Origin: Bacteroidales bacterium
GTDB lineage: Bacteria > Bacteroidota > Bacteroidia > Bacteroidales > VadinHA17
Direction of reading: 5' to 3'
Length of the DNA stretch: 64,000 nt
Assembly (NCBI GenBank): GCA_024762655.1
Contig: JANTHB010000004.1
Coordinates: 9,966-73,965 of the forward strand
Shown one piece after another: positions 9,745 to 18,714 of this stretch (positions within the stretch are counted from its first letter, which is position 1; each line of letters starts with the position of its first letter). Under the pieces are notes generated by a model. It did not search any database, was not told where the DNA came from, and was given only the letters and a program-made list of their open reading frames with translations. The position numbers and the translations under genes were made by a program.

Positions 9745-10068
9745 CCCTTTCGTAACCCAATCCATTCTGCCATGAAAAATTAACTTTTTTTTATATTCAT
9801 TTTTCAGATTTCTGATGTCCGTTTTCCCCTTCCTGATAAAACAGCAATAAAACCTTGATTCATGCCGATGACCTGTTCATCCGGTTGAAGATGTTATCTT
9901 ATTAGTAATTTTTACAATATTTAGTAAATGCAGGGATTAATAATCGTTCTTTACCATATCTTTTGGAGATTTTGTTTCGGGCAGCTTTACCAGGCTGTAC
10001 AACAGGAAAAAACATTTCCTTGTGAATAAACATTAAAATTCCCCAGATAAATATTAAAAAATATTGTG

Positions 10069-10076
10069 TAGGTTTG
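10069..10076 (+). promoter_or_regulatory. Bacteroidota -7 box (TAGGTTTG), duplicate of the 8690 box
   Basis: Matches TAnnTTTG within a ~40-nt segment closely resembling 8673..8711. It lies 118 nt upstream of the acylase ATG. Confidence 0.4.
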
Positions 10077-10098
10077 AATAAAATATTCCCTTGGATAT

Positions 10099-10182
10099 AT
10101 GTATTTTAATGCGGTAATTTTTGATCCGGACAACATCACGATTGATCTGGTCGATCGTAAAACAATTAATTCCCCACCATAA
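10099..10182 (+). pseudogene. Degenerate copy of the first ~17 codons of the HAD gene (27-codon remnant ORF)
   Basis: ATGTATTTTAATGCGGTAATTTTTGATCCGGAC resembles ATGAATTTTGATGCGGTAATTTTTGATCTGGAC at 8995. The DLDG motif has decayed to DPDN, and a stop follows after 27 codons. Confidence 0.6.
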
Positions 10183-10194
10183 ATACTACTGGTA

Positions 10195-12609
10195 ATGAAA
10201 CGCACTTCTACTTTTACTTTTTTATTTTTTATTCTGTTAACAGGTTTTGTCTCATCCTGTCAGGAACAACACCGGTCTCTCGTCAAACTAAAAGGGCTGG
10301 ATCAATCTGTAGAGGTTGTCCGTGATAAATGGGGTATGAATCATATCTATGCCAAAAACCGACATGATCTCTTTTTCACCCAGGGATATCTGGCAGCCAG
10401 GGACAGGCTTTTCCAATTCGAGATCTGGCGTCGTCAAGCCACCGGTACGGTAGCAGAGATACTGGGGCCCCGGGAAATAAAGAGAGATATCGGGACCCGC
10501 TTGTTTATGTACAGGAGAGATATAAACAAGGAATTGAGCCATTACCATCCGAACGGAAAAGAAATTATTCTAGCCTATGTGGAAGGAGTGAACCGGTATA
10601 TCCAGGAAATGCTCGACCATCCGGAAAATCTTCCCCTCGAATTCAAACTTCTGCACATAAAACCGGGGTTGTGGACACCGGAGGTCGTAATTTCACGTCA
10701 TCAGGGGCTCCTTGGAAACATAGATCTTGAGCTGAATACCGGCAGAGCCGTGGCGAAGATCGGAGCGGAAAAAGTAAACAAACTGGCTTGGTTCCATCCA
10801 AAAAAACCGGATTTAAATCTGGATCCTGCCATCACAAAAGAATTGTTGAATGAAGACATTCTGGAATTATATCACGCTTTTCGAAAAAAAGTTCTCTTTC
10901 TCCCTTCTGATATTGATCCCGCTTATCGAAATCCAAAGGCTGCCGTATCTGTTATAAACAAAGAAACAGTAGAAGCAGAAGGGGAAAAATTCAATGTATC
11001 TTCAGGAAGTAATAACTGGATTGTAAGCGGGCAATTGACCGACAACGGCTATCCTGTAATGGCCAATGACCCCCATCGTACGATCTCCATTCCTTCTCTT
11101 CGTTATATGGTTCATCTGGTAGCCCCCGGCTGGAATGTTATTGGAGGCGGTGAACCGGAGATCCCAGGAGTATCCATCGGCCATAACGAATATGGGGCCT
11201 GGGGCCTTACGGTTTTTTTTACCGACGGAGAGGATCTCCTGATGTATAAATTGAATCCGCAAAACCCTGACCAATATCTGTATAAAGGGAAATGGGAAAC
11301 CATGAAACGGGTCTATGATACGATCAGGGTAAAAGGAGCAAAAGATGTTTATGTTACCCTTCGTTATACACGACATGGCCCTGTCTGCTACAGAGACACC
11401 TTGCGTCATGTTGCATGGGTTGTCAGATGTGCCTGGTTAGAACCCGGAGGATCTCCCTATCTCGCTTCATTAAGAATGGACCAGGCGAAAAACTGGAATG
11501 AATTCAGAGATGCATGCAGTTATAGCAACATTCCGGGAGAAAATATGGTATGGGCAGGCAGGGACGGAACGATTGGCTGGCAAGCAGTGGGAATCGCGCC
11601 AATAAGAAATAATTACAGCGGTCTTGTCCCGGTCCCCGGTGATGGCAGATATGAATGGGATGGTTTTTTGCCTATCAAGAAAAAACCCCATCTGACGAAT
11701 CCTGAGAAAAAGTTTTTTGTTACCGCCAATCAAAACATCACACCGAAAAATTACGATCATTGGAATGCCATCGGTTATTTTTGGAGAGCCCCATACCGGG
11801 GTGAGCGACTTACTGAAATGCTCGAAACAAAAGGCAAAAAGGATATGAATCTTATGAAAGCCATGCAAACCGATTATACCTCCCTTCCGGCCAGCATTCT
11901 CGTACCTTTTTTAACAAATATCCCTTTTGAAACCGAGCAGGCTCTCAAGGCAAAAAGGCTACTTAAAACATGGGATCATGTTTTAGATAAAACCTCCATT
12001 GCAGCAGGGATTTATAATGAGTGGGAAAATCAAATATTAAAACTGGCAGAAGAACGATTTATCCCTGAAGAAGTCAAAGGTGAGATTATACTGCAACTGC
12101 CAAAAGTTATCTCTTGGATTAAAAATCCGGAAAAAATTTTCCCACCTCCGGCAAAAATAAACCGGGATCTTTTTTTGAAAGATGCTTTTATGCAGGCAAT
12201 AGAGATTCTGACGCAAAGATTAGGCAAGAATATGGAAAAATGGCATTACGGACAACCGGCCTATAAGCATATTGTCATCCACCACACTTTAAGTGGTGTG
12301 GTAAAAGAGAAACTAAGCAGGAAGCTGGACACCGACACCATTCCACGAGGAGGAAACGCTTTTTGCCCGAATGTTACAGGGAGTCTGCCCAACCAGACCC
12401 GGGGTGCCAGTTTCCGCATCATTATAAATACTGGTGATTGGGATGGTGCCCAAGCTATTAATACACCCGGACAATCCGGAGATCCTGATAGTCCGTTTTA
12501 CAAGAACCTGTTCCATCTCTGGGGAAATGATCAATACTTTCCCTTATACTACTCCAGGGAAAAAATTAAAACGGTTGAGGCAGAATCTTTTATGCTTGTT
12601 CCGAAATAA
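10195..12609 (+). CDS. Penicillin acylase / acyl-homoserine-lactone acylase family Ntn hydrolase (S45)
   Basis: 804 aa with a signal/lipoprotein-like N-terminus (GFVSSC). The internal SGSNNWIVSG motif fits the beta-subunit N-terminal nucleophile serine. Confidence 0.88.
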   Translation: MKRTSTFTFLFFILLTGFVSSCQEQHRSLVKLKGLDQSVEVVRDKWGMNHIYAKNRHDLFFTQGYLAARDRLFQFEIWRRQATGTVAEILGPREIKRDIGTRLFMYRRDINKELSHYHPNGKEIILAYVEGVNRYIQEMLDHPENLPLEFKLLHIKPGLWTPEVVISRHQGLLGNIDLELNTGRAVAKIGAEKVNKLAWFHPKKPDLNLDPAITKELLNEDILELYHAFRKKVLFLPSDIDPAYRNPKAAVSVINKETVEAEGEKFNVSSGSNNWIVSGQLTDNGYPVMANDPHRTISIPSLRYMVHLVAPGWNVIGGGEPEIPGVSIGHNEYGAWGLTVFFTDGEDLLMYKLNPQNPDQYLYKGKWETMKRVYDTIRVKGAKDVYVTLRYTRHGPVCYRDTLRHVAWVVRCAWLEPGGSPYLASLRMDQAKNWNEFRDACSYSNIPGENMVWAGRDGTIGWQAVGIAPIRNNYSGLVPVPGDGRYEWDGFLPIKKKPHLTNPEKKFFVTANQNITPKNYDHWNAIGYFWRAPYRGERLTEMLETKGKKDMNLMKAMQTDYTSLPASILVPFLTNIPFETEQALKAKRLLKTWDHVLDKTSIAAGIYNEWENQILKLAEERFIPEEVKGEIILQLPKVISWIKNPEKIFPPPAKINRDLFLKDAFMQAIEILTQRLGKNMEKWHYGQPAYKHIVIHHTLSGVVKEKLSRKLDTDTIPRGGNAFCPNVTGSLPNQTRGASFRIIINTGDWDGAQAINTPGQSGDPDSPFYKNLFHLWGNDQYFPLYYSREKIKTVEAESFMLVPK

Positions 12610-12656
12610 TTTGGACATTTTCACCGGAAGTTATTGTTTATTTTAAGAAAGTATCT

Positions 12657-12664
12657 TATTTTTG
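12657..12664 (+). promoter_or_regulatory. Bacteroidota -7 box (TATTTTTG) for tRNA-Asn
   Basis: TAnnTTTG, 13 nt upstream of the tRNA 5' end. Confidence 0.5.
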
Positions 12665-12677
12665 CCGGGCGAAAAAT

Positions 12678-12751
12678 TCCTCAGTAGCTCAGTTGGTTAG
12701 AGCATCTGACTGTTAATCAGAGGGTCGCTGGTTCGAGTCCAGCCTGAGGAG
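12678..12751 (+). tRNA. tRNA-Asn (anticodon GTT)
   Basis: Acceptor TCCTCAG pairs with CTGAGGA. The anticodon stem is TCTGA/TCAGA with loop CTGTTAA, and the T-arm is CTGGTTCGAGTCCAG. Confidence 0.92.
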
Positions 12752-12763
12752 CAAAAAAAATAA

Positions 12764-12790
12764 GCCCGGACCTGTGTCCGGGCATTTTTA
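12764..12790 (+). terminator. Rho-independent terminator
   Basis: A 7-bp GC-rich stem (GCCCGGA/TCCGGGC) with a 6-nt loop, followed by ATTTTTA. Confidence 0.7.
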
Positions 12791-12800
12791 ACTATACGCT

Positions 12801-13796
12801 ATGAAAAAGACCCCCGACACAATTCTTGGCATGGGTAATGCCCTGATGGATATCCTGGTTCGCATTGACAACGAAGAGCTGCTCCGACGTCTGGACCTTC
12901 CGAAGGGGAGCATGACCCTGGTTGATCAGGATAAAGCCGTACAGATCCTTAACCGGATTCAATCCCTGCCGAAAAGTTATGCGCCCGGGGGATCGGCTGC
13001 AAATACGATCCGCGGTCTTGCCGCTTTGGATACTCCGGTAACCTATATCGGATCCACGGGCGAAGATGATCTTGGCGAAATGTTCAAAAAGAGTATGTTC
13101 GATGAGCATGTCACTACCCTGCTGCAATACAGTGATAAACCTACCGGCCATGCCATTACGTTTATCACACCTGATTCGGAGCGCACTTTTGCCACCTATC
13201 TTGGAGCAGCCACAGAGTTGTCTGCCGAACATCTGGACCGGTCTATGTTCAAAGGTCACAAGGTTTTTCACATCGAAGGATATCTTATCCTGAACCGGGA
13301 GCTGGTTATCAAGGCTTTTCAGTTAGCCAAACAGGCCGGTCTGGAGATATCTTATGACATGGCCAGTTACAATGTGGTGGAGGAAAATAAAAATTTCATC
13401 AAAGAGCTTCTGACAGAATATGTGGATATTGTATTTGCCAATGAAGAGGAAGCAAAGGCTTTTACAGGAAAAGAGCCGGAAGATGCCCTGGAAGAACTCG
13501 CCGCCATGTGCAAAGTTGCAGTAGTAAAAACCGGCGCCGGCGGTTCCCTGATTGCCATGGAAGAAGAAACCTATCTGGTCAAGGCCATTGAAGCGGAAAG
13601 CCTGGATACCACCGGTGCCGGGGATCTTTACGCCGCAGGGTTCCTCTTTGGTTATATAAATGGTATGTTACCGGAGCAATGTGGCAAGATAGGCTCTTTG
13701 CTGGGGGGAAAGGTCATTGAAACCATCGGCACCAGAATGCCGGCAGAAACCTGGGAGGAGATCCGGGAACAAATCCATCAGATCATGGAAGATTAA
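12801..13796 (+). CDS. PfkB family carbohydrate/nucleoside kinase (adenosine kinase-like)
   Basis: The N-terminal ILGMGNALMDIL and the C-terminal DTTGAGDLYAAGFLFG PfkB signature. Confidence 0.85.
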   Translation: MKKTPDTILGMGNALMDILVRIDNEELLRRLDLPKGSMTLVDQDKAVQILNRIQSLPKSYAPGGSAANTIRGLAALDTPVTYIGSTGEDDLGEMFKKSMFDEHVTTLLQYSDKPTGHAITFITPDSERTFATYLGAATELSAEHLDRSMFKGHKVFHIEGYLILNRELVIKAFQLAKQAGLEISYDMASYNVVEENKNFIKELLTEYVDIVFANEEEAKAFTGKEPEDALEELAAMCKVAVVKTGAGGSLIAMEEETYLVKAIEAESLDTTGAGDLYAAGFLFGYINGMLPEQCGKIGSLLGGKVIETIGTRMPAETWEEIREQIHQIMED

Positions 13797-13805
13797 GGGT
13801 TCCTT

Positions 13806-14087
13806 TTAAAGACGGTTACGCTGATTGAACAAATTGGGCTCGTCTTCAAACAACGAGGGATAGTCCTCATCGAAACGCTTCAGAATGGTTTTCATGATGG
13901 CCTCACGCATAAATTTCGATTTGCTGATCCTGTAACGCTCACAATAAGCATTCAGGGCATGCATTTCCCGGTGATTCAGCATAATCGTCTGACGATTATT
14001 ACGGCGTAAGGATCTCTCTTTTATTATTCTTTGACGTCGCAAGGGCAGTAAATTTTTCCTTTCGCCAAAGATATATAAAAACAACAC
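13806..14087 (-). CDS. Small hypothetical protein, possibly a ribbon-helix-helix-like DNA binder
   Basis: The segment RQTIMLNHREMHALNAYCERYRISKSKFMREAI resembles a strand-helix-helix layout. Uses a GTG start, and the start is uncertain. Confidence 0.4.
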   Translation of the reverse strand: MLFLYIFGERKNLLPLRRQRIIKERSLRRNNRQTIMLNHREMHALNAYCERYRISKSKFMREAIMKTILKRFDEDYPSLFEDEPNLFNQRNRL

Positions 14088-14125
14088 CCGGGAAAGATCA
14101 ACTTATCAACATATTAACAGGGTAC

Positions 14126-14476
14126 CTATTCAAACGCTTTGGGAACTCCGCAAATAAACACCAGAGGCTCCTTCTCCGAAGTGTTTTTATACTGGTGCAT
14201 CTCATCCGGCAGCACCAAAACAAAATCTCCTTGTTTTACTGCAATCTCCTTCTTGTTCTTATCCACCAAAGCTCCTTCACCTGAGATAATATAGTTCATG
14301 TGCTCATAAGGATGATGATGGTACGGGGTAAATCCCCCGGGTTCAACCGTAAAAACACGATAAGAATATACAGGTGCCCCGTCTTTCTGTGACAAGGGTA
14401 TTTGTTTCCAGGTCTTTTCAGCCCCTGCCATATCCACTTTAAACTTTTCCACCTGATCCAATGATATGATTTTCAT
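14126..14476 (-). CDS. Cupin domain protein
   Basis: 116 aa. The spacing of HHHPYEH ... G ... P..H is typical of the two cupin motifs. Confidence 0.8.
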   Translation of the reverse strand: MKIISLDQVEKFKVDMAGAEKTWKQIPLSQKDGAPVYSYRVFTVEPGGFTPYHHHPYEHMNYIISGEGALVDKNKKEIAVKQGDFVLVLPDEMHQYKNTSEKEPLVFICGVPKAFE

Positions 14477-14497
14477 GGTTTTTTTGTTTTTTATCTG

Positions 14498-15511
14498 CTA
14501 AATATTTTTCACCGTTGAGCCTTTAACCACCAGGGTGGTTTTAATCATTTTTTGGCGGGGAGGAATTTGCTTTTCCGGGTGCTGAAGCCGGTCAAGCAAT
14601 AATCGTGCCGCCTCTCTGCCGATTTCAAAACCGTGCTGTTCCACCGACGTGATAGCGGGCGTTGGCAGATTGGAGATCTCTCCATTTGTAAATCCTATGA
14701 TCGCCACATCTTCCGGAATGCGGTAATTTAATTTCTTCAGGACTTTCATCACTCCGGCAGCCGTCATATCGTTGACACAGAAAAAAGCATCAGGCCTGGG
14801 ATCCAGCTTCATAGTCTCTTCTGTGATTTGCTGTGCTTCTTCCATGGAATCACATTTAATAATATACTCTTCCCGAACAGGAATCTGATATTTTTTCAGG
14901 GCCCTCACATAACCTTCTTTTCTCAGTTTTCCTATACCCAGGTGCTGGGGAGCGGCATAATGCACAATATTCTTATACCCGTTTACAATAAGATGTTTCA
15001 CCGCATTGTATGCAGCATCACTGTCATCCACAAATACCCTGTCCGTCTCCAGTTCCTCTGCAATGCGGTCAAACATTACCATGGGAACATGTTGCTCCTG
15101 AACTTTTCTCAAGTGATCCAGATTCGTCGTTTTTTTTGATACCGAGACCAGTATCCCATCCACCCGGCTATAAAGAAGTGCATCCACATTCTCCACCTCC
15201 CGCTTATAATCTTCATTCGACTGGCAGATCATAACCCGGTATTCGGATTCATACGCAACATCTTCAATTCCGCTGATCACCGTAGAGAAAAAATAATGAA
15301 CAATCTCCGGCACGATGACACCGATGATACGGCTTTGACCTTTTTTCAGACTCAGTGCTACCGGATCGGGTTGATAATGTAATTGCCTGGCCAGTTCATT
15401 GACGGCTTTTTTAGTTTCCTGACTGATATCCGGATGATCTTTTAAGGCCCGTGAAACGGTTGACGGGGAAATCCCAAGCTGCTTTGCTATATCTTTTATG
15501 GTTACTGCCAT
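14498..15511 (-). CDS. LacI family transcriptional regulator
   Basis: An N-terminal HTH (VTIKDIAKQLGISPSTVSRAL) plus a periplasmic-binding-protein-like sugar-binding body. Transcribed divergently from the SusC gene. Confidence 0.9.
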   Translation of the reverse strand: MAVTIKDIAKQLGISPSTVSRALKDHPDISQETKKAVNELARQLHYQPDPVALSLKKGQSRIIGVIVPEIVHYFFSTVISGIEDVAYESEYRVMICQSNEDYKREVENVDALLYSRVDGILVSVSKKTTNLDHLRKVQEQHVPMVMFDRIAEELETDRVFVDDSDAAYNAVKHLIVNGYKNIVHYAAPQHLGIGKLRKEGYVRALKKYQIPVREEYIIKCDSMEEAQQITEETMKLDPRPDAFFCVNDMTAAGVMKVLKKLNYRIPEDVAIIGFTNGEISNLPTPAITSVEQHGFEIGREAARLLLDRLQHPEKQIPPRQKMIKTTLVVKGSTVKNI

Positions 15512-15676
15512 TATTCTTATTCATTTGAGAATTCATTAAACCTGAAACCATGAAATTACATAAAATATTTTAATTCCTGCAAGGTGATAATACCCTTCAA
15601 AACATGATTTCAATCGTTTGCGGTATCGATTGCGTTATTTTATTGAATATTAGTGCCATACAATTTCCATTTTATC

Positions 15677-15684
15677 TATTTTTG
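15677..15684 (+). promoter_or_regulatory. Bacteroidota -7 box (TATTTTTG) upstream of the SusC-like gene
   Basis: TAnnTTTG, 60 nt upstream of the ATG at 15745. Confidence 0.35.
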
Positions 15685-15744
15685 CTTCCGATATGTTCTG
15701 TATTTTTTAAATTTTTAACAAATGTTAACCAAACCTGTTATTAT

Positions 15745-18696
15745 ATGAAAAGAGGATTCATAAGCAAGTTGGCATTGCTTCTCGGCGGCATAATGCTTTC
15801 CGGGTTGTTGTATGCCCAGGAGATTGCTGTAAAAGGAAAGGTTACCGACGCTTCCGACGGTTCTCCCATACCCGGTGTAAACGTGGTAGTAAAAGGAACA
15901 ACCATTGGTACGGTAACAGATGCGGAAGGGAATTACTCGCTTTCGGTACAAAAGGGGTCTACCCTGGTATTCTCGTTTGTCGGTTATACCACACAGGAGG
16001 TACAGGTAAATAACCAGACAGTTATCAATGTCTCCCTCAAATTCAGCGAAGTTGCTCTGAAGGAGGTAGTAGCCATTGGCTACGGTACAGTGAAGAAAGA
16101 AGATGCTACCGGTTCGGTGGCTGCCGTAACGTCCGAAGACTTTAACCGCGGAGCGATCACCTCTCCCCAGGACCTTGTGTCCGGAAAAATTGCCGGTGTT
16201 CAGATCACCAACGCCGGCGGTGCCCCGGGGACAGGGGCTATGATCCGTATTCGTGGAGGATCTTCCTTGTCGGCAAGCAACGATCCGTTGATCGTAATTG
16301 ACGGGGTTCCAGTAGACAATGAAGGAGTGGCGGGCATGCGGAACCCTCTGAACACTATCAACCCCGATGACATCGAAACATTCACTGTTCTGAAGGATGC
16401 TTCGGCTACGGCTATTTATGGGTCCAGGGCTTCCAACGGGGTGATTTTGATTACCACCAAAAAAGGAAGAAAAGGACAACCTTTTTCCCTGACCTATAAC
16501 GGAAATGTAAACTGGGCCACCCGTTCGGGAGAAGTAAGTGTGCTTTCTGCCGATCAATTTAAAAGTATTATTCAGTCACATTTTGAAGCGAACCCCAACG
16601 CCCTGAATTTGCTGGGACCGGCGAATACCGACTGGCAAAACGTGATCTTCAAAACCGCTTTCAGCCAGGATCATAACCTCAGTTTCTCCGGTGGCGTTAA
16701 AGCGCTTCCCTATCGTGTTTCTATGGGATATACGGATCAGGACGGTATACTGAAAACATCAGGGCTCAACCGTACTACTGGAGCCTTAAGTCTGAGTCCA
16801 TCCCTTTTAAACGGAGATTTAAACATAAATCTGAATGTAAAAGGGATGTACATTAAAAACCGTTTTGCTAACTGGGGCGCTATCGGTTCAGCCATAGCTT
16901 TTGACCCCACCCAACCGATTTACGATCAGAGCAGCCCGTACGGAGGATATTTCACATGGACCCAGCCTAACGGCGATCCGATCACCATTGCGCCAGCCAA
17001 TCCACTGGCTCAGCTGGAAATGACTGATAATCGTTCCACTGTTTCCCGGAGTCTGGGGAATGCACAATTTGATTACAGATTGCCATTTTTACGTGAACTT
17101 ACTGCCAAGCTGAATCTGGGTTATGACCTATCCAAAAGTGACGGAAATAATTTCGTGCCGGAAAATGCATCCTGGGCCTACGATCCTCTCAACGGAGGAG
17201 GCAATAAAACCCATTATACGCAAAACAAGAAAAACAGCTTGCTGGATTTTTACTTTAACTATGTCAAAGACCTGACATCTGTTTCCAGTCATCTGGATAT
17301 TACTGCCGGCTATTCCTGGCAGCACTATTGGAGAAAAGGAACGACTTACTCCACCAACGTAGCGGAAACGCTTATCCATGAGAATTCCGACTATATCACG
17401 GAAAATTATCTGGTCTCCTTTTTCGGACGTATGAATTATATTTTTAAAGAACGTTATCTGTTTACCTTTACCCTTCGTGATGACGGGTCTTCACGGTTTG
17501 CTCCGGAAAATCGCTGGGGTTTGTTCCCCTCACTGGCGCTTGCCTGGGATATTGCTAAGGAACCTTTCTTCAAATCCGACGCAATAAATACCCTTAAACT
17601 TCGTCTGGGTTATGGGATCACAGGACAACAGGATATAGGAGGAGATTATCCCTACCTGCCCCGTTACACCTATAGTCTCGACAATGCCCAGTATCAGTTT
17701 GGCAACAGCTTTATCACCACGTTACGTCCCGAAGGATATGACGAGAACCTGAAATGGGAAGAAACCACCACTTACAACGTAGGACTGGATTACGGTTTCC
17801 TGAACAACAGGATTACAGGAACACTGGATGCTTATTACAGGAAAACCAGTGACTTACTGAACTTCATCCCTGTACCGGCAGGAACCAACCTGACCAATCA
17901 AATCCTGACCAATGTCGGGGACCTGACAAACAAAGGAGTTGAGTTTGCCATCAACGCTACAGCCCTTTCAAAAACAAACATGAAATGGGACATAGGTTTC
18001 AATGCCAGTTACAATAAAAACGAGATCACCAAACTGACGGCCACCGATGATCCCTCCTATCTGGGAGTCTTTACCGGCGGTATCTCCGGTGGGGTGGGCA
18101 ATACCATCCAGATCCATAGCGTAGGCTATCCGGCCAATTCCTTTTATGTTTACGAACAGGTATATGATAAAGACGGAAATCCTCTAGAAGGGTTATACGT
18201 CGATCGCAATAACGACGGCCAAATCACAGTAGATGACCGCTACCATTATAAAAAGGCCGCACCGGATGTTTTTATGGGATTTAACTCTCTGTTTACTTAC
18301 AAAAACTTTGATTTCTCGTTTGCCGGCCGGATCAGCCTGGGAAATTATGTTTACAACAACATGTTCTCCGACCACGGAACTTATAGTAATTTATACAATT
18401 CGGTCGGTTACCTGTCGAACGTAACCACCAGTTTGCTGGACTCTAAATTCGAAAATCCAAAATATTTCTCGGACTATTATGTTGAAAACGGATCCTTCCT
18501 CAGGATGGATCATATCACCCTGGGATACAATGTAGATCAGGTAAAATGGGCACAGCTCAGGGTTTACGGTACAGTGCAAAATGCATTTTTAATCACCCGT
18601 TACAAAGGACTTGATCCTGAAGTAATCAATGGTATAGATAATAATGTTTATCCCAGACCCCGGACTTTCCTGTTGGGTGTTAGTGCAAAGTTCTAA
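15745..18696 (+). CDS. SusC/RagA family TonB-dependent outer membrane receptor
   Basis: A signal peptide, a carboxypeptidase-regulatory-like N-terminal domain (VKGKVTDASDGSPIPGVNVVVKGT), a plug and a C-terminal barrel ending in LLGVSAKF. The ATG at 15745 (MKRGF) is preferred to the upstream in-frame start. Confidence 0.95.
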   Translation: MKRGFISKLALLLGGIMLSGLLYAQEIAVKGKVTDASDGSPIPGVNVVVKGTTIGTVTDAEGNYSLSVQKGSTLVFSFVGYTTQEVQVNNQTVINVSLKFSEVALKEVVAIGYGTVKKEDATGSVAAVTSEDFNRGAITSPQDLVSGKIAGVQITNAGGAPGTGAMIRIRGGSSLSASNDPLIVIDGVPVDNEGVAGMRNPLNTINPDDIETFTVLKDASATAIYGSRASNGVILITTKKGRKGQPFSLTYNGNVNWATRSGEVSVLSADQFKSIIQSHFEANPNALNLLGPANTDWQNVIFKTAFSQDHNLSFSGGVKALPYRVSMGYTDQDGILKTSGLNRTTGALSLSPSLLNGDLNINLNVKGMYIKNRFANWGAIGSAIAFDPTQPIYDQSSPYGGYFTWTQPNGDPITIAPANPLAQLEMTDNRSTVSRSLGNAQFDYRLPFLRELTAKLNLGYDLSKSDGNNFVPENASWAYDPLNGGGNKTHYTQNKKNSLLDFYFNYVKDLTSVSSHLDITAGYSWQHYWRKGTTYSTNVAETLIHENSDYITENYLVSFFGRMNYIFKERYLFTFTLRDDGSSRFAPENRWGLFPSLALAWDIAKEPFFKSDAINTLKLRLGYGITGQQDIGGDYPYLPRYTYSLDNAQYQFGNSFITTLRPEGYDENLKWEETTTYNVGLDYGFLNNRITGTLDAYYRKTSDLLNFIPVPAGTNLTNQILTNVGDLTNKGVEFAINATALSKTNMKWDIGFNASYNKNEITKLTATDDPSYLGVFTGGISGGVGNTIQIHSVGYPANSFYVYEQVYDKDGNPLEGLYVDRNNDGQITVDDRYHYKKAAPDVFMGFNSLFTYKNFDFSFAGRISLGNYVYNNMFSDHGTYSNLYNSVGYLSNVTTSLLDSKFENPKYFSDYYVENGSFLRMDHITLGYNVDQVKWAQLRVYGTVQNAFLITRYKGLDPEVINGIDNNVYPRPRTFLLGVSAKF

Positions 18697-18714
18697 CGGA
18701 AAAAGAGTAAAACG

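Noticed and set aside
9987-10205. 72-aa minus-strand ORF in the HAD-acylase intergenic region
   Set aside because: It is low in complexity, overlaps the duplicated promoter/HAD remnant and the acylase start, and has no supporting signals.
15611-15634. Candidate LacI-family operator (CAATCG-N10-CGATTG; CGGTATCGATTGCG with a central ATCGAT)
   Set aside because: It has only 6-bp arms or 10 of 14 palindromic positions. It also lies ~45 nt upstream of the predicted -7 box rather than overlapping it. Without comparative data I cannot support it.
15715-16557. 280-aa ORF antisense to the SusC-like gene
   Set aside because: It lies entirely within, and opposite to, a strongly supported TonB-dependent receptor gene. 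It has no recognisable motif. Long antisense shadow ORFs of this kind are common.
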